From Camelus dromedarius (Eukaryota), in the NCBI RefSeq assembly GCF_036321535.1, contig NC_087438.1:4528001-4592000 (forward strand): DNA of 64,000 nucleotides, read 5' to 3'. A program made the position numbers and the translations under genes. Below the pieces are notes generated by a model that worked only from the letters and a program-made list of their open reading frames with translations, was not told the DNA's origin and made no database searches. Of the stretch, positions 25,701 through 40,939 are shown piece by piece (positions within the stretch are counted from its first letter, which is position 1; each line of letters opens with the position of its first letter).

Positions 25701-25909
25701 GCCACTGTCAGTGAAGTTTTCTGTTGCTTTAGATGAAACTATTCTTAATGGATACACTAAGACGTGAATGGAGAACCAATTTAGAAACCACATGGGGTTT
25801 TATTTCAGGGGCCCTCCTTTGAGGACAAGAGAGGAAGGGGGGCAGGTGAGCTGGAAGGTTGCTCTGAGGGAAAGGAAGCTGGTGTCTTCCACGTCTAGGT
25901 GGAGCCTTT

Positions 25910-26376
25910 AAAAAAAAAGTGGTTCCAAATATTTACCGCTAATTAATTTTTTTATCATTCATCATGGAGCCACAGAAAATGGAGGAGCGTGACAGCCAGA
26001 ACCCTTTGTTTCTCCTACATTGTGAGCAAGTAAGGCTCTCCACACAAACCACACTGCAGAAAACCGACTCTTAACAGTTTTTTATGTTTTCAAACTTCTA
26101 ATATTTTCCATTCTGTATGTACTCAATATTAATTTTGAAGCATTTTGAAATACGTATTTTATGTTTTCTCAAAACCAAGATTTTTTTCAATAACCTTGAG
26201 CTTAACGTATGAACTTTTAAAAATTCAACCTCATTTATTTATTTCACTTGTAATGAAAATTCTGTATATTCAAGGTGTACAACACAGTGATGGACTCCAC
26301 CTATCCATAGTGGAATGATCGCTACAGTAAGCTAATGAGCATGTCCATCTCTTCACATAGTTAATCTCATTTTTTT
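25910..26376 (-). mobile_element. Insertion bounded by a 14-bp direct repeat: short L1MA 3' end (~26235-26376) plus ~320 bp of extra sequence
   Basis: taggtggagccttt at 25896-25909 and 26377-26390. The right part (tgtatattcaaggtgtacaac...aagctaatgagcatgtccatctcttcacatagtt) matches reverse L1MA 3' ends. Confidence 0.65.
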
Positions 26377-26914
26377 TAGGTGGAGCCTTTTGGAAAGCCT
26401 CCCTGTCCCCCTTAAAGCTCAGCTTCTGGTGAAGGAGCACGTGTGCCCACCGGGGTCAGGGCATGCATCCTTGGACAAGAAGGACTCAAAGCATAATTTG
26501 AGGGGTCCCTGATTATAGACTCCCTACAGACCATTTCCCAAATTCTGTTACATATTCCTTCCATGGGAATATTCCTTGCATATTCCATGATGTCATATTT
26601 GTGTGACATAATGGAATTGATTTTTGGGATTTGTTCTGCTGAGCCCCCGACTCCAGTTTCCCGATTGGACCGTGGATTCAGGCAACCTTGGAATCCTCAT
26701 CTGGGATTGTGAGGTGCTAGACCTGATGATCTGCAGAGCAACACCTGCTTCTCAGGTGAGGTGGGAAGGGGTAGTCTTGGGATGGCTGTGCGGTTGAAAT
26801 GTGATGACCCCCCCCCAATGGGACAATGGGTCTAGGGTCTTAGGCATTGCTTATCAAAGATGCTCAGGACACCACAGAGGGAGCGCCAGACGCCGTGAGA
26901 CTCCAGGCTGGACA

Positions 26915-27540
26915 CAGCTCTACCTCTGCAGTCATCTTGCCAAAAAAGACAAATCTGAATTCTATCAAGACTCTAGATCCAATTGACCAATTTACAGAAA
27001 ATAGAGCCCACAGGGAACACGTTAAGGGACAACACAGGGAGACAGATCTGCAAAATCCAGACTGTAGGAACCATATTCTTCAACCACAGATTGCCCCCTG
27101 CCCCTCACAAAAAAAGCAAAAATGATGAGAGAGAAATCATAGATTAAAAACTTTGGAAGATACGAATCAACCAATTGTTAATACATAGATCTTTTTGGAA
27201 AAAAACGAGCAACTAAAAATTTTATAAGACTATCAAAGATACTACAGATCAGACATTTGATGATATTAAGACATTATTATTAATATCTTAATGTGATGAT
27301 ATCATAGTTATGTGTTAAAACAAGAATGCTTGTAACTTAGAAATAACTTTTATGGATAAAATGTTACATGGGATTTGCTTTAACATGACTGGGAGGGGAG
27401 AAAGTGGGTGAGGATATTAGTGAACAGATTTGACCACGAGTTGACAATTACTGAATCTGGGTAATGAGTACATAGAAGTTCATTAAATATATTGTCTACT
27501 GTTGTATAAATTTGAAAATTTCCATAATTAAAGAGGAAAA
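26915..27540 (+). mobile_element. Old L1ME/MC 3' UTR fragment
   Basis: ctctagatccaattgaccaatttacagaaaat...gggatttgctttaa...tgtataaatttgaaaatttccataattaaa. Confidence 0.65.
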
Positions 27541-28183
27541 TAATTCATTTGACAGAAAAACTCACTCCCAAGACTTCCTTTAATGAGTGGACTGAGTGCT
27601 TGAAACTTTCAAAACGTTTAGCACCCACCTTTGCAGGAACATAGCTCTTTTACATGAAAAATGCATGAAAAATAGCTAATTTATGTTTGCATAGAGAGCT
27701 TTTATAAATCAATACACTCTCCCCAGAATGACAAAAATATCAAGTAATTCACAGAAATTTTAAAGATGGCTTTAAAACACATGAAAATGTGCTGAATTTC
27801 ACTTAAAAATGAAGGTAAATTAAAATGATAACCATTTATCACAGAGTCCTCGGTAAACATTTCAAAGTTTTGTTCCATGTCACATTACAAACTTTCCTTG
27901 GTTAATGAGAATACAGAACAATCTGACGATACGTATTAAAATTCAAAATAACCCTGCCACTTCACACTAATAGGAGTTTATCCTATGCATTCTCAAGTAA
28001 GTGAAGATAGATGTACAAAAATACCCATTGTAGCATTGCTTTTAATAGCATGTGACTGAAATGAACTGAAGCTACACTGATACAAGGTTGGTTAAACTAT
28101 GATAAACATATGGTTAAGGAATATAGCTCTTTGAAGAAAACCTCTCTTGGTGAACACAGAATCACTAGCACACAGTGCAGGTG

Positions 28184-28230
28184 GCTCTCTCTCTCTCTCT
28201 CTCCCTCCCTCTCTCCCCCACCCCCTTTCC
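28184..28230 (+). repeat. (CT)n microsatellite
   Basis: Directly visible. Confidence 0.85.
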
Positions 28231-29059
28231 CTCATCATATTATTTGCTTCCTGGGGACCAGAGATTACCCACAAGCTGTTGTAACCCACTGACTACTCTA
28301 GTCGGCTCTCACTGTATGGTAGCATTTTCTGAATTACTTGCGGTATCAAGGTGCTTTCCACAGCAGAGCATGACCCGTCCAGAAAATGCCTCAACTAGTA
28401 AGGGAGGTTGTCACCTTGGATGCCAAGGGGTCTGGAGAGGGAGACTGTGGTGTGGCTGACTCTACTGCTCAGTGAGGTAACCGAGGGCATCTTCTTTACA
28501 TCATTCCATTCGGCCCCCAGAGCGCTGGTCACCCTCTTCTCCAGCCTCAAGACGGCTGCAGCAGAGCCAGACATCCTATGTAACTGTGTCCAGTGGTGAG
28601 GAGGGGAGCTTCCTCTTGGATGCCTCTTTTATGCTCACCTGGAAGGCTTCCCCAGGAATGTTCTGGCAGACTTTCCTGAAGGTCCTGTCCTCTAGGACAG
28701 AGCTGTGTGCTGTGTTTACATCACAGGAGGGATGTAGATGCATCATGGTTCAGCCTCTGGCCCTGTGTACCTGGCTAGGCTGACACCTGGACAGAATGGG
28801 GGTTCTGTCTGCTAAAACAGAGGGGGGCAGCAGGGCCAAAAGGACTCGAGTGGACGACCAGCAGCACCTGCCAACAGGTTGGCATGTCAAAATGGGAGAT
28901 TTCAGGCTCACGCCTGCATCTCCAGTTTTGTCATGAGAAAGACCATCTCTGGTACCTTGGCTGGGTCTTGCCCTTCTGCTGGCTGGACATGGCAGCCGTG
29001 GCCCTTTACAGTAGGACCCCATGGTCCCCACCACTCCTCATTCATGTCACACTGGGGGC

Positions 29060-29806
29060 CCAGTTATTCCTCTCCCAGCATCCAATGCCCCTTGCAACGT
29101 GACCTCAGCCCTTCTATCAAGAGGGGAGGCTGTTTCCCCACCCCTTAAATCTTGCCAAGACCTGGTCACTCGCTTGGGCTCACAAAACTGGGAGGAAGTA
29201 CATGCCTGATTGCTTTCTTTTCTTCTTTTTTAAAATTGAAGCACAGAGGATTTACAATGTTAATTTCTCATTTACAGCATACTGACTCAGTTATACATAG
29301 ATATAATCCTTTCCATATTCTTTTTCATTATAGGTTATTACAAGATATTGAATATAGTTCCCTGGGCTATTCAGTAGGACCTTGTTGTCTATTTTATATA
29401 TAGTAGTGTGTATTTGCAAATCCCAAACTCCCAATTTATCTCTCCACCCCCACCCCATTTTCCCCCAGCTGCTTGCTTTCTTGAAAGTCTGTTCAGCCAC
29501 CCTGAGAATGAGCTGGGGCCAGCTTGGTGGATAATGAGAAACACATGGGCCAGTTAACTCTGCTGTCCTAGTTGCCAGCCAGCCAACTGCCAGTCATATG
29601 AATGTGGCCACCCTAGACCAGCCAGGCTTCAGCGCACCTTCTAGTTGACTGGAGCGTCTAAGTGATCTGTAAGCCAATTTCAGCTGTGTCTGACCCAAAT
29701 CAGCAGAACCACTCAGTTGATCCATAGACTTTTGAGCAATACAACACTTATTTTAAGCCACTGAGTTTGGGGGTGATTTGTTACTTGTCAGCAGCTGACT
29801 AATACA
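29060..29806 (+). mobile_element. Old MLT1 (F/G-like) LTR split by a short L1
   Basis: The 3' end ttattttaagccactgagtttgggggtgatttgttac...gctgactaataca is an MLT1 terminus; the 5' part lies left of the L1. Confidence 0.6.
29220..29468 (-). mobile_element. Short cetartiodactyl L1 3' end with near-perfect TSD
   Basis: Same family text as 6318-7106. TSD ctg(a/c)ttgctttctt at 29206-29219 and 29469-29482. Confidence 0.85.
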
Positions 29807-29891
29807 CACACACACACCCCTGACTTTTGTCAGTTACTTATATCACCTGTTCAGCTCCTATGAGCAACTGAGTTTGAGAAGTTTGGATTAG

Positions 29892-30072
29892 GCAGAAGTT
29901 TCCAAACTTTACTGTGCTTAAGAATTGTCCAGGGACTTTATGTGATACATTGATTCCTGGGCTTCACTTCAAGAAGGTTTCAGTAGTTTGCATGAGCCCC
30001 AGATACCTGCATTTTAACCAGCATATCAGATTCTGGCACTGGTAGTCCATGAAACTCACTTTGGACACCATT
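29892..30072. mobile_element. MER5-like hAT-Charlie relic
   Basis: cagaagtttccaaacttt...gattcctgggc...ctgcattttaaccagc...cactttggacacca. Confidence 0.6.
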
Positions 30073-30559
30073 TGTTCATGAGAACAAATCACTACAATCA
30101 TAATGTAATCTCTACTATTATCTCTCCTCTAATATCAGGAGAGAGAAAAAAGTAACTTTTGGCCAAAAAGGGAAAATGCTTGGCTTATCTGTGAAAATTG
30201 ATGAGCAAAGAGAAAGACCTCCCCTGCCCAGAATCTCAGAGGCTGTATTGTTTCTTGATTTACATACAGAAATACATCTCTTCTAATTTACATAAAAAGA
30301 TTTATGATCAAATCCATACATAATACAATTCAGATATAATTACAAGAAGTTGAGTGATGACTGATGAATCAAACTAAGGGGGATGAACCAGAGGCAACAG
30401 CAAAGATGGAGCAGGAGGCCATGGTAAGGGGCTGGGAGGGATGACTTAAAACGTTAAAACAAGTAAACAATGACAACCTGTGTAGCAGATCCTGGAAGCC
30501 AGGTAAGGAGACTGCCTGCTTTCATTCCCAGTGGGTCGGTGAGTCCCCCACTGGTCATC

Positions 30560-31740
30560 CCACCGATGTTCACTGAGGACCTATCATGTGCCAAACATGG
30601 TCCTTGAGCTGGCCCACAGGAGGGAACAGGACAGATAAAAATTCCTCTCCTTGTGGCGCTTACATTCTAATGGGGTGAGGGGACACAGATGAAAAAACAA
30701 GGTAAATAAAATTTACATTAGATAGTATAGTGGGTTGAATTGTGTCCCCCCAAAAGATATGTCCAAGTCCTAACCCTGGGTACCAGTACATTGTAACCTT
30801 ACTTGGGAATAGGGTCTCCTAAGATGCAGTTAAGAGATCAACAGCATGAGCCCTCAACCAATAGAATTGGTGTCCTTAGAAGAAGAGACAGACACAGGGA
30901 GAACTCTAAGCAGTGATGCAGATGGAGATTGGAGTGATGCACCTAAAAGCCGAGGCACACCAGGAATCGATGGCAACCCCAGAAGAGTAAGGCTCCCTCC
31001 TAGAGCCTTTAGAGAAAACATGGCCCGGGCAACACCTTGATTTCAGACGCTAAGCCTCCAGGACCTCGAGAGAATGAATTTCTGTTGTTTTAAGCCACCT
31101 TGTTTGTGGAATTTTGTTATGTGTCCCTAGGAAAGTGATGGAGATAAATGCTAAGCAAAATAAAGTAGGGAGTGTTGAGGGTTGGGTTTGTAGTTTAAAC
31201 AGAGCCGGCTCGAAGTCCTGAGACCTGAGAGTGAGGAGGGACATCTCAGGGAAGAGCATCCCAGGCAGCTGGCACAGCAAGTACGAAGGCCCTGAGGTAG
31301 GGGTGTGCCTGCTGTGCTAGTGACTGGAGCAGGCTAGGTTAGGGGATCAGACCATGTAGGGACTTGCAGGTCATACTAAGGTTGAAAGAGAAAGCAAGCC
31401 ACCAGAGGGTTTTGAGCAGAAGAGTGGCATGATCTGATTAAAAAAAAAAAAAAAAAGCTACACTTTCTTTTTTGAAGGATCACTCAAGTGGCTGTGGGGA
31501 GACAATGTCAAAGGTGGAAAGAATGGAATGTGGGGATCAGCTAGAAGGCACTGTTTAAAATAGGCCAAAAATGTTGGTGGCTTGAAGGGGGCGTCAGTGG
31601 GGGGTGTGGTTAATAACGGGGTGGCTATAGGGTTTTGGCTGTTTCTGGCAGGTGGAAGCCAAGAGGATGCATTGGTTATGGAGAGAGAGCAACCTGGGAT
31701 TACTCCTGGAATTTTGGCCTGAGTCACTGGAAGAAAGGAG
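30560..31740 (-). mobile_element. L2 remnant (interrupted by an MLT1 LTR at ~30726-31140)
   Basis: cactgaggacctatcatgtgccaaaca..., gcaagtacgaaggccctgaggtaggggtgtgcctg, gagggttttgagcagaagagtggcatgatctga, ttttggcctgagtcactggaag. Confidence 0.7.
30726..31140 (+). mobile_element. MLT1B/C-like solo LTR
   Basis: gtgggttgaattgtgtcccccaaaagatatgtccaagtcctaacc...atttctgttgttttaagccaccttgtttgtggaattttgttatg. Confidence 0.8.
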
Positions 31741-32742
31741 GTCTGGAGTAATGACTTTTTGACTTGTTTGTGTGTGATTTTCTGTAGTTTATTTAGCTAG
31801 ACGTGTTCTAATCCTAGATCAGAATTTCCACATGTGCAACATACAGGTACTGAAAAACGCCTAAATTGAAATATTCACTTTTACCAAGTAACACCATTTA
31901 GCCAAAAACCTTAGTATGGAATACACTGACTTCATGTCGGTACCATGTTTGATATGCCAAGCACTTAGCAATGTCTCCTCATCTGTGATACAGATGAGGA
32001 AGAGACCATTTAAAACACACCCCTTTACGATGTTTAAATGGAAAGGCGCCCAGGCGCTGTGGGAGCAGGTCCCTGGCTCGGCTTCTTGCCTGGCCCGGGG
32101 AAGCATTCCAGGGGCTTGGACCAGGACGGGTGGGGCAGCAGTGTCCGGCACGCAGTCTAGGCTCCCATGGCACAGACAGATTTGCTTTGGACTTCACAGA
32201 ATGTGTGGTTAACATTGCATTCCAAACAGTGCCACTGACAAACCCTGCTCAGAGCATTCTCTGGACACAGGGACCTCAGAGAGCAGACAGCAGAGCAATT
32301 CACTAATGAATCCTGCGGACCCTGTGCCAGCTTGAATAATCCAGGCCACGCGGCCCCACACCCAAGCACACGGGCTGTTTCTCTGATGGGGAGCACTGCC
32401 AAGCGTGCCTGGGGAAATCACACCAGTAAGCTAAGCTGTAAGCTTCAACTTCATTTTCTGCATAGAAAATCATTTTTTAAAGAACACATAAAAGCCTGTG
32501 AGGAGACAGGCAGAAAAGGGTTCTGCCAGGCCAACCCCCCCCCCCCCCCCCAGGGCCCCAACTCCAGGCGGCCTGCTCCCCCAGGACGCCGGCGAGCACG
32601 TGGGCAGGCACGGACACCAGCAGCCACAGCGTGACCCGACTGCTCGCAGGATCCGGACGGACCAGAGGGAGCTTGGGGCATTTTTGTCCTTTCCCTGGAG
32701 CAGCGACGGGGCCGCGGCGGGGCTGGCCCGGCACTGACATAG

Positions 32743-34479
<1,737 letters not shown>

Positions 34480-37400
34480 TGAGTGCGCGCGGCCCGGCGC
34501 GGGGATCTGGGGAGGGGAGGGGGCGGCCAGGGGCCCCAAGCCCCTCGTGCTGCGTGGGGACCTGGGCCCGGCGGGGCGCGCGATTGGCCGCGGGGCGCCG
34601 CGGGCGCTTGGAGTCCCCATCCGGGCTCCCGTTTTTTTTCGAGTTTGGGTGTTGGAGGCCAAAGTCCGACTGTGCCATGAGGCTTTTAATTTACTTCTAT
34701 TTGTTTGAATTTTAAGCTTCTTTTATAAACGAGTAATGTGTCCAGATTCTAGAACTAACAGTTTGAGAAAGGGGCTGCTGAATCCGACTTGTGCAGATGT
34801 TTTTCTTATCTTCCCTTGAAACTGGAAAGGAGATCAGATACTTTCTCTCAATCCTCTCTTCCTCGACAGGTTAGGGGCCTTTTGTTAAAGTTGGGTGGAG
34901 ATAGGTGTGGAGTTTTATGTTAAAAACTTTTATGTTATGCCGAGGGTTTTAGTATTGCTAGGAACGTGAATCAAGTTGAAGGTAAAATACTGGTTAAATG
35001 TAATTTTTTTCCCTCCCAGGTAATCCGTTTAAAAGATGAGTAGGATTTTGGTAGCGATACAATTTAACCGACAGCTAATTTAGAAGTGACTTTTTCAAGA
35101 GAGAGCTTGCTTGTGATTTAATTTTGTGCTGAAATCAACATAGAATGATCTTCAGGCTCCCTTTTTTTTTTTTTAAACACTCTAATAGCATTCGAAGAAA
35201 ATAAAAACGTTTGTAGCACATATTCTCTAGGAAGTGTCTAAAAGTATTTCCATATTAGCCTAGAGGGAGTTAGAAAGTCTGTTTAGGGTTAGTGCAATTA
35301 CTGGCGGCAAGGACTGGTTTAAAAAAAAAAAAAAGATTGATATGTGGGGGTTGGAGCAGCCCCAGGTGAGGCTGCTCTGGTGTAAGTGCTATTTACCCAG
35401 CCTTTTTGCTTTCCTGTGCTTTTCTGAGCACCTGGAAACAAGGTATAGGTACCTAGGTTTTATGTCAGTATTTTAGAACTTTAAAGTTTTCTTGCACAAT
35501 TGCATGCTGACTTAAAGGGCATCTAAGGATTTTCCAGGGTGTTAGGGTTGTAAAACGTTAGAGCCTTATAAATCCTACAGTTGCTAGGTGTTGGGATTAT
35601 TTCTTAAAGTAACTTTTTCTCTGATGGGTCTGTTTATTCTCATTTGAAATATGCTGTAAAACACTTAAATTGATACTGCTTTAAAATGTATATGATACAC
35701 AGTAATATTGCGTGTTCTGCAACATGTTTCACCTGGTGTGGGCTGGAAGTGTTACTTTCTTAAATTTTCGGAAGCCTGAGTATGCACTTCAGCCCTAAAT
35801 AGGAACCCAGCTTCCCCTTCCCTCTCTCCCTTCGGTCTTACGTGTAGAACTTTCCGAGGAGAGATGGTGGGGTGCAGTGTCTTGATGTCTGGCATCATTC
35901 CAGTTACATGACAGCCTGTAGGTTTCCAGGCTGTCATGTAACTGGAATCCACTTTGGGTCTCAGCACCAGGAAACTAGGAGGACACGTGGTCCTCATTTG
36001 CAGAGCATCCTGGGGCCCGGACCGTCCGGACTCCCACTTCTTCCTTTTAGGCGCTCATGCCAGTGGTAGCATGGTGCTCTGGTGTGAATTGCGCAGGGTC
36101 TGGAAACTTTCCTTGCCCATAAGTTTCTCGTAAATCTCAGTGCACTCTGTATGTATGTGGCTGTGGCTTTTCTTAATAAATGAGCCCACTACAAGCCAGG
36201 TGCTGGGCTGGGATCTGGGGGAGGGGTTGGCATGGGAGACGTGCAGCCTTAGGACCCTGAGTGGGAAACCTGTCCCTGGTCAGGGAATGCCCCGGCCCTG
36301 CACACAGGAGCACTGACTGTCCAGGTGTGCGGGTCTCACTCCCCTCACCCTCTTCTGGCTTCTGTGTCCAGTTTTTCATCAGATCCTGTTCAGTCTTTCT
36401 GGACCTCATCCTCCTCACCCTCACGGGGACTGTCGGCATCTCTAGTGAGGTTGCTCACATAACCCGAAGATGGTCATCTTTCACATACTCTTGTCCCACT
36501 TTGGACCTTTCCCAGCCCTGCCAGTGGGGTGATCACCTGTGCCAGCAGGTTTGGTCAGTTCCCACACCCTTGGGACTCTGGGATGGCACCTCATTCATCC
36601 CCCTTAGTTTAGAGGCCAAAGCTTGACACTCAGTGTTTCTCCAGGGCGCTGCCACTTGGGCCCCGTCTGGGGGCCTGCTCTCCCTCTCTGTTGGGGTCTC
36701 ACTGCTCCACTCCCTGCCAGCCTGTTAGAAGTCAGCTCCGAGGCCCTGTGATGTAGGGCCAAGAAGCGGACTCTGAAGCAGCCAGCAGTTCTGTGTTTCA
36801 GCCCACCTAAGTAGGGGCCACTGCAGTAACTAACACTCACGTTACTGCTCTTTCTGTCTCTTTGCGGGCTTGCCTCTGTGGGTGGCGTGTACCGCATCCC
36901 CAGTACATCCCTGGGGCTGTCCATTTTCTGCTATCTCTGCCTAGAGAAGGAGTCTGCTGGGATTGGCTGCCATGTGCCTGGAAGGGCAGGTGCCTTCCGC
37001 TTGGTTCACTGCTCTGAATCCTAGCAGACTGCCAACTTGGAAGGGCAGAGGGGAGAAACTGAACCCGAGCAGTGGTCAAGCCAGTGAGCTTGTCTACGGT
37101 TGGAGGAGGGAGGCGAGCCTAATGATAGTTTAGAGGGAGTCCATCCGCTGGGCTTATGGGAACTAACCTTTTGGTATGGAGAATTGGCTCTGCCTGGAGC
37201 TTGCTCCTGGGCGCAGGTTACCCAGAGTGATGAGGAAGGCCACCAGGAAGTCCTCCACATGTGGCTTAGGATGAGGGAACTGAGGTGCGAGAGCCCCTAG
37301 TGCAACCTGCGGAAACAGATCTTGTTGATGAGCAGTGGCTCAGCCCATGCAGCCTCAGGACAGGCGTTTCTGGAGAGACAGCGTCTCAGCCCTCAAGGAG

Positions 37401-39734
37401 GGGTAAGCGGTTGCCAATGTGACAGGAGTTTGAGTGGCATCAGCTGAACGCAGCTGAGCCTTTGATTGCTAGCCTGGGTGGCACCTGGCTCTTCTTTCTT
37501 GGGGAGGTTTCTGCCTTTGGAAACTTTGCCTGGTGGCTGCCTTGAGAGGTGGCCAACCTGTTTTCATCCTTGAGAAGGATGAAGGAAAAACAGGTGAAAG
37601 CGGACTGAGACTAGAGCAAGAACCTTCGGAGTGGAGAAGGTCGCATGCTACTTTGGGAGCTGCCATTGGCTCTAGTTCTTAGTCCACTTTTGGGGTGAAC
37701 TCTCAGACTTTTATTTTGGGAGCGGTGTGGGCAGTGTGAGATGTCCTCTCTGCCCAGGCTTCTGACCTGGAGATGTGGGGAGGGGGCTGGACAGGCTCTG
37801 GGGGCCTGTGCCTCCCAGCCTCTGGCTGCTGCCACTTTGACCTACCCTCACCTCCTGGCCCTTGTCGCCCTGCCCTGGTCAGTCTAACACCTTTGGGACT
37901 CTACTCAGTTTAAAGGCGAAGAACAGTCCTGCGTACGTGAGGGTAGGGGCGTGGGCCTCAGATACTGCGCTGCGTCCTTTCTGGTGCTGTAGTAGATCAG
38001 GTAGGTCCCTGGAAGAATGTACTCAAATGAGGAAGAACCCAGTGCCTGGTGGACGCCTGCGAACCAGGCTTGTCCAGGCTTCAGTTTGGGCTTTGTCCTC
38101 TCAGGCCTGCCCGCCTGTACAGAGTGACATGCAGTGTCCTCTCTGCAGATCCCTTGACAACATTCCATTTTTTAACATCTGTTTCTCCAAACAAAATTCA
38201 CTTGGTCTGAAATCTGTGAGAAATGGACAGATGTCATTTGTAGGAATGGTCAGCCACGCCCACAGGGTTCTTTCTGACTCCACATGTGTTCCGCTTCCCT
38301 CCTTTCTCCTGAGAGTCAGTGCCTGGAGAAGATTCAGGCTCCTTCCTCTCCCTCTCAGCTCCAAACTGACTTAGCACAAATGACCTCCTGGCATGTCCTT
38401 GGGGGCCCAGGTGAAGGCCATGGCTGTCATGACTCTCGTAGCCTTTGTCTTGTTCCAGTCTCGCCCTGTGACATCCTGGGATGTCTGGGAGAGGTTATTG
38501 TGAGATCTGTCTTGGAAGGCGCTGGTCTCACACGGGCCTGCTTTCCCGAGTGCGCACCCTCAGAGACCCCGGGGGTGTGTGTTCGTAGAGGGAAACACAG
38601 CTGATTGCACTGTGCATGGATGTGCTGCTGCGCTGACCGTGACCAGCTCCCACTCCCACTCCTCCCGCTTAATAGCAGCATCGCAGTTCCCGCCTGTCGC
38701 ACCACGGCCACTCTCTCTGCAAGGTGAAATTGAAAATCTAGTGCAAGATGCTGGCTGTGACAAAGTTGGGATAAGTGATGCCTGGTCACCAGTAAAAGGA
38801 GGACGGGAAACGTTAGGACAACACTTGGGGACGAGGCTGCCGTGGAGGAGGAGGGGGAACAGAGGACAAGACAGACTCTGGAAGTGGAGGGTCAGAGTTT
38901 TCAGTAGGCTGGCAGATGCTGGGGGCTTTGAAAGAATGGGCCCCTCAAATGATTTTTGCAAAAAATGGCCTCCTTAATGCTTCTGGTGTGGAGGTCAGGG
39001 CTGGGTAAAAGCAGGCCCTCTGCCGCTGTGAGCTCACGACTGGAAAGCAGTGCCAAGGCCGTGCCGTTTGCTGCTGCTTAGGAGTAACATGGGGTTGTGA
39101 TTTAATACTTTTAAGAGCAATTTTTAACGGAATGTTTTAAAGTAAAATTTTTCATAATTTTAAGATTTGTTTTTCAAGGTAAAATCTCAGGCCTTCTTTT
39201 GGTCACTATTTAATGTGAAATTTTGGTTCCATTTTAAATGCACTCATGTAAACGGAAGGGAGATAACGGTTTTGAAACTGAGACTTTGTGCCTTGGTGAG
39301 GTCATCACGGTTTAGGATTTGATTTTTTGATTGTGGAGTAAAAGAGGGTTGTAGAGAACAAACAGAAACCTGTGATCTTGACTTTGATGACACAGCCAGA
39401 ACGTAGGCTAACGGAAGAGGAGTGACTGGGTCATACTACCTAGGTTCGTGGGAGATTGCCACCTGGAAATTGCCACAGTGTCAGGCAGAAGCGGCCCCTG
39501 GCCAGTGGCTGTGGAGAGGCCCGTCTGGAAGACTCTGGTCAGCTTGTCAGGGTCCCTCTTGGAAGGCGGCTGAGTGAGTGCGGCCCCTGAGGCCAGGCAG
39601 ACAGCTGGTTTTGTGCTCGGGGCAGATGCCTGTACCGCGAGTGGGCCTCCCAGCGAGGGGGTTGGGGGCGTCTCCCGGACAGCTTGGGATTTGCACTTCG
39701 AGTTAAATGTCTCACTGTAAGGCCTCCCGGCTGC

Positions 39735-40260
39735 ACTGGTTTGCCTGTGCTGTGCCACCAGTGTCTACAGACTCAGTGACTTTAGGACAGCACTGATGGA
39801 TTGTCTCACAGTTTCTGTGGGTCGGAGGTCGGGGATGGGGGCAGGGGTCTCTGCTCAGGCACCCACCAGGCTAAAGTCAGGCGTTGGCCGCTGTGTTTTC
39901 TGCTGGAGCTCAGGGTCCTCTTGTAAGGACGCTCTTGTTACTGGCATAATGCAGCTCCTCGTGGTTTTAGGATTGAGGTCCCTGATTTCTTGTTGGCAGC
40001 CGGCTGGGGCCTCTCTCAGCTCCTTAAAGCCACCTGCATCCCTTGGCTCGAGAACCTTCCATCCTCAAAGCGGCAACAGCACTTTGAACCTCTCTGTCTC
40101 TGCCAGCTGGAGGAAGCCTGCCTTAAGGGCTCGAGTAGTTGGGTCAGGCGCACCTGGTTGGCTGCGTTAAGGGCGTGTAGTGATACAGCACGATCCTCAG
40201 GAATGGCAATGATTTCATTGTGGCCACAGATTCTGGGGATCAGGGTATGGAATCTTCTGG
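39735..40260 (-). mobile_element. Old MLT1 LTR in intron 1
   Basis: tgtctcacagtttctgtgggtcggaggtc...gggtctctgctcagg...caggctaaagtcaggcgttggcc...tgtggttttaggattgaggtccctgatttcttg. Confidence 0.65.
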
Positions 40261-40939
40261 AGGCTGCTGGCCGCACATGCAGGTGTCCTCCTGTAGGTAG
40301 ACTTCTCTGCTGTGGGAAGCAGGTACTGAGGAGGTTGTGGGTTTTCTCCCCCAACACTTCTCTCTTTTGACTGGACTCCAGCCCATCACGATGTCTCTTG
40401 CAGATAGCTGGTTCTGTCTGTCCCCCGGCTGGGTCATTGCCATTGAACTCAGGGCGACCAGAGTGATCATGGCCGTGAGTGCCTTTCTGTGCCTCTCTCA
40501 CGTGAGCTGTTCTTAAAACATGTCATGTGAGAAAAGTTCCCATGAAAGGCACGTGAGCAAGTGTATGAAGATTACGGCGGTCTAATAGTCCTGTTCGTGA
40601 GGTGTCTTGCCTTGGCCTGCTTAGGGAAGGTGCCGTTTCTGTGCTGTGGGAGGCTGGTTGGTGACTCACCCAGGTTGCTTCTGGAGTCCAAACATGTGGG
40701 CACACGACAGTTCATCCTGGCTTTGCAGAAGGCCCCACCCCACTGTCCTCAGCCCAGGTTGATGGGAGTGGCGTCTTGCCCAGAACCCCGCTTCAGAGCC
40801 CCATCCCTGCCTGTGCAGTTAAACTGCTGCTCTTAAGAACGGATCACTGCTCTCTGGTGTCTGTTCGGGGAAGGCGGGGCCACGTCCTAGCCTGTGTTCC
40901 CAGTGCCAAGCCAGGACTGGCGGGCGAGAGTAAATGTCT

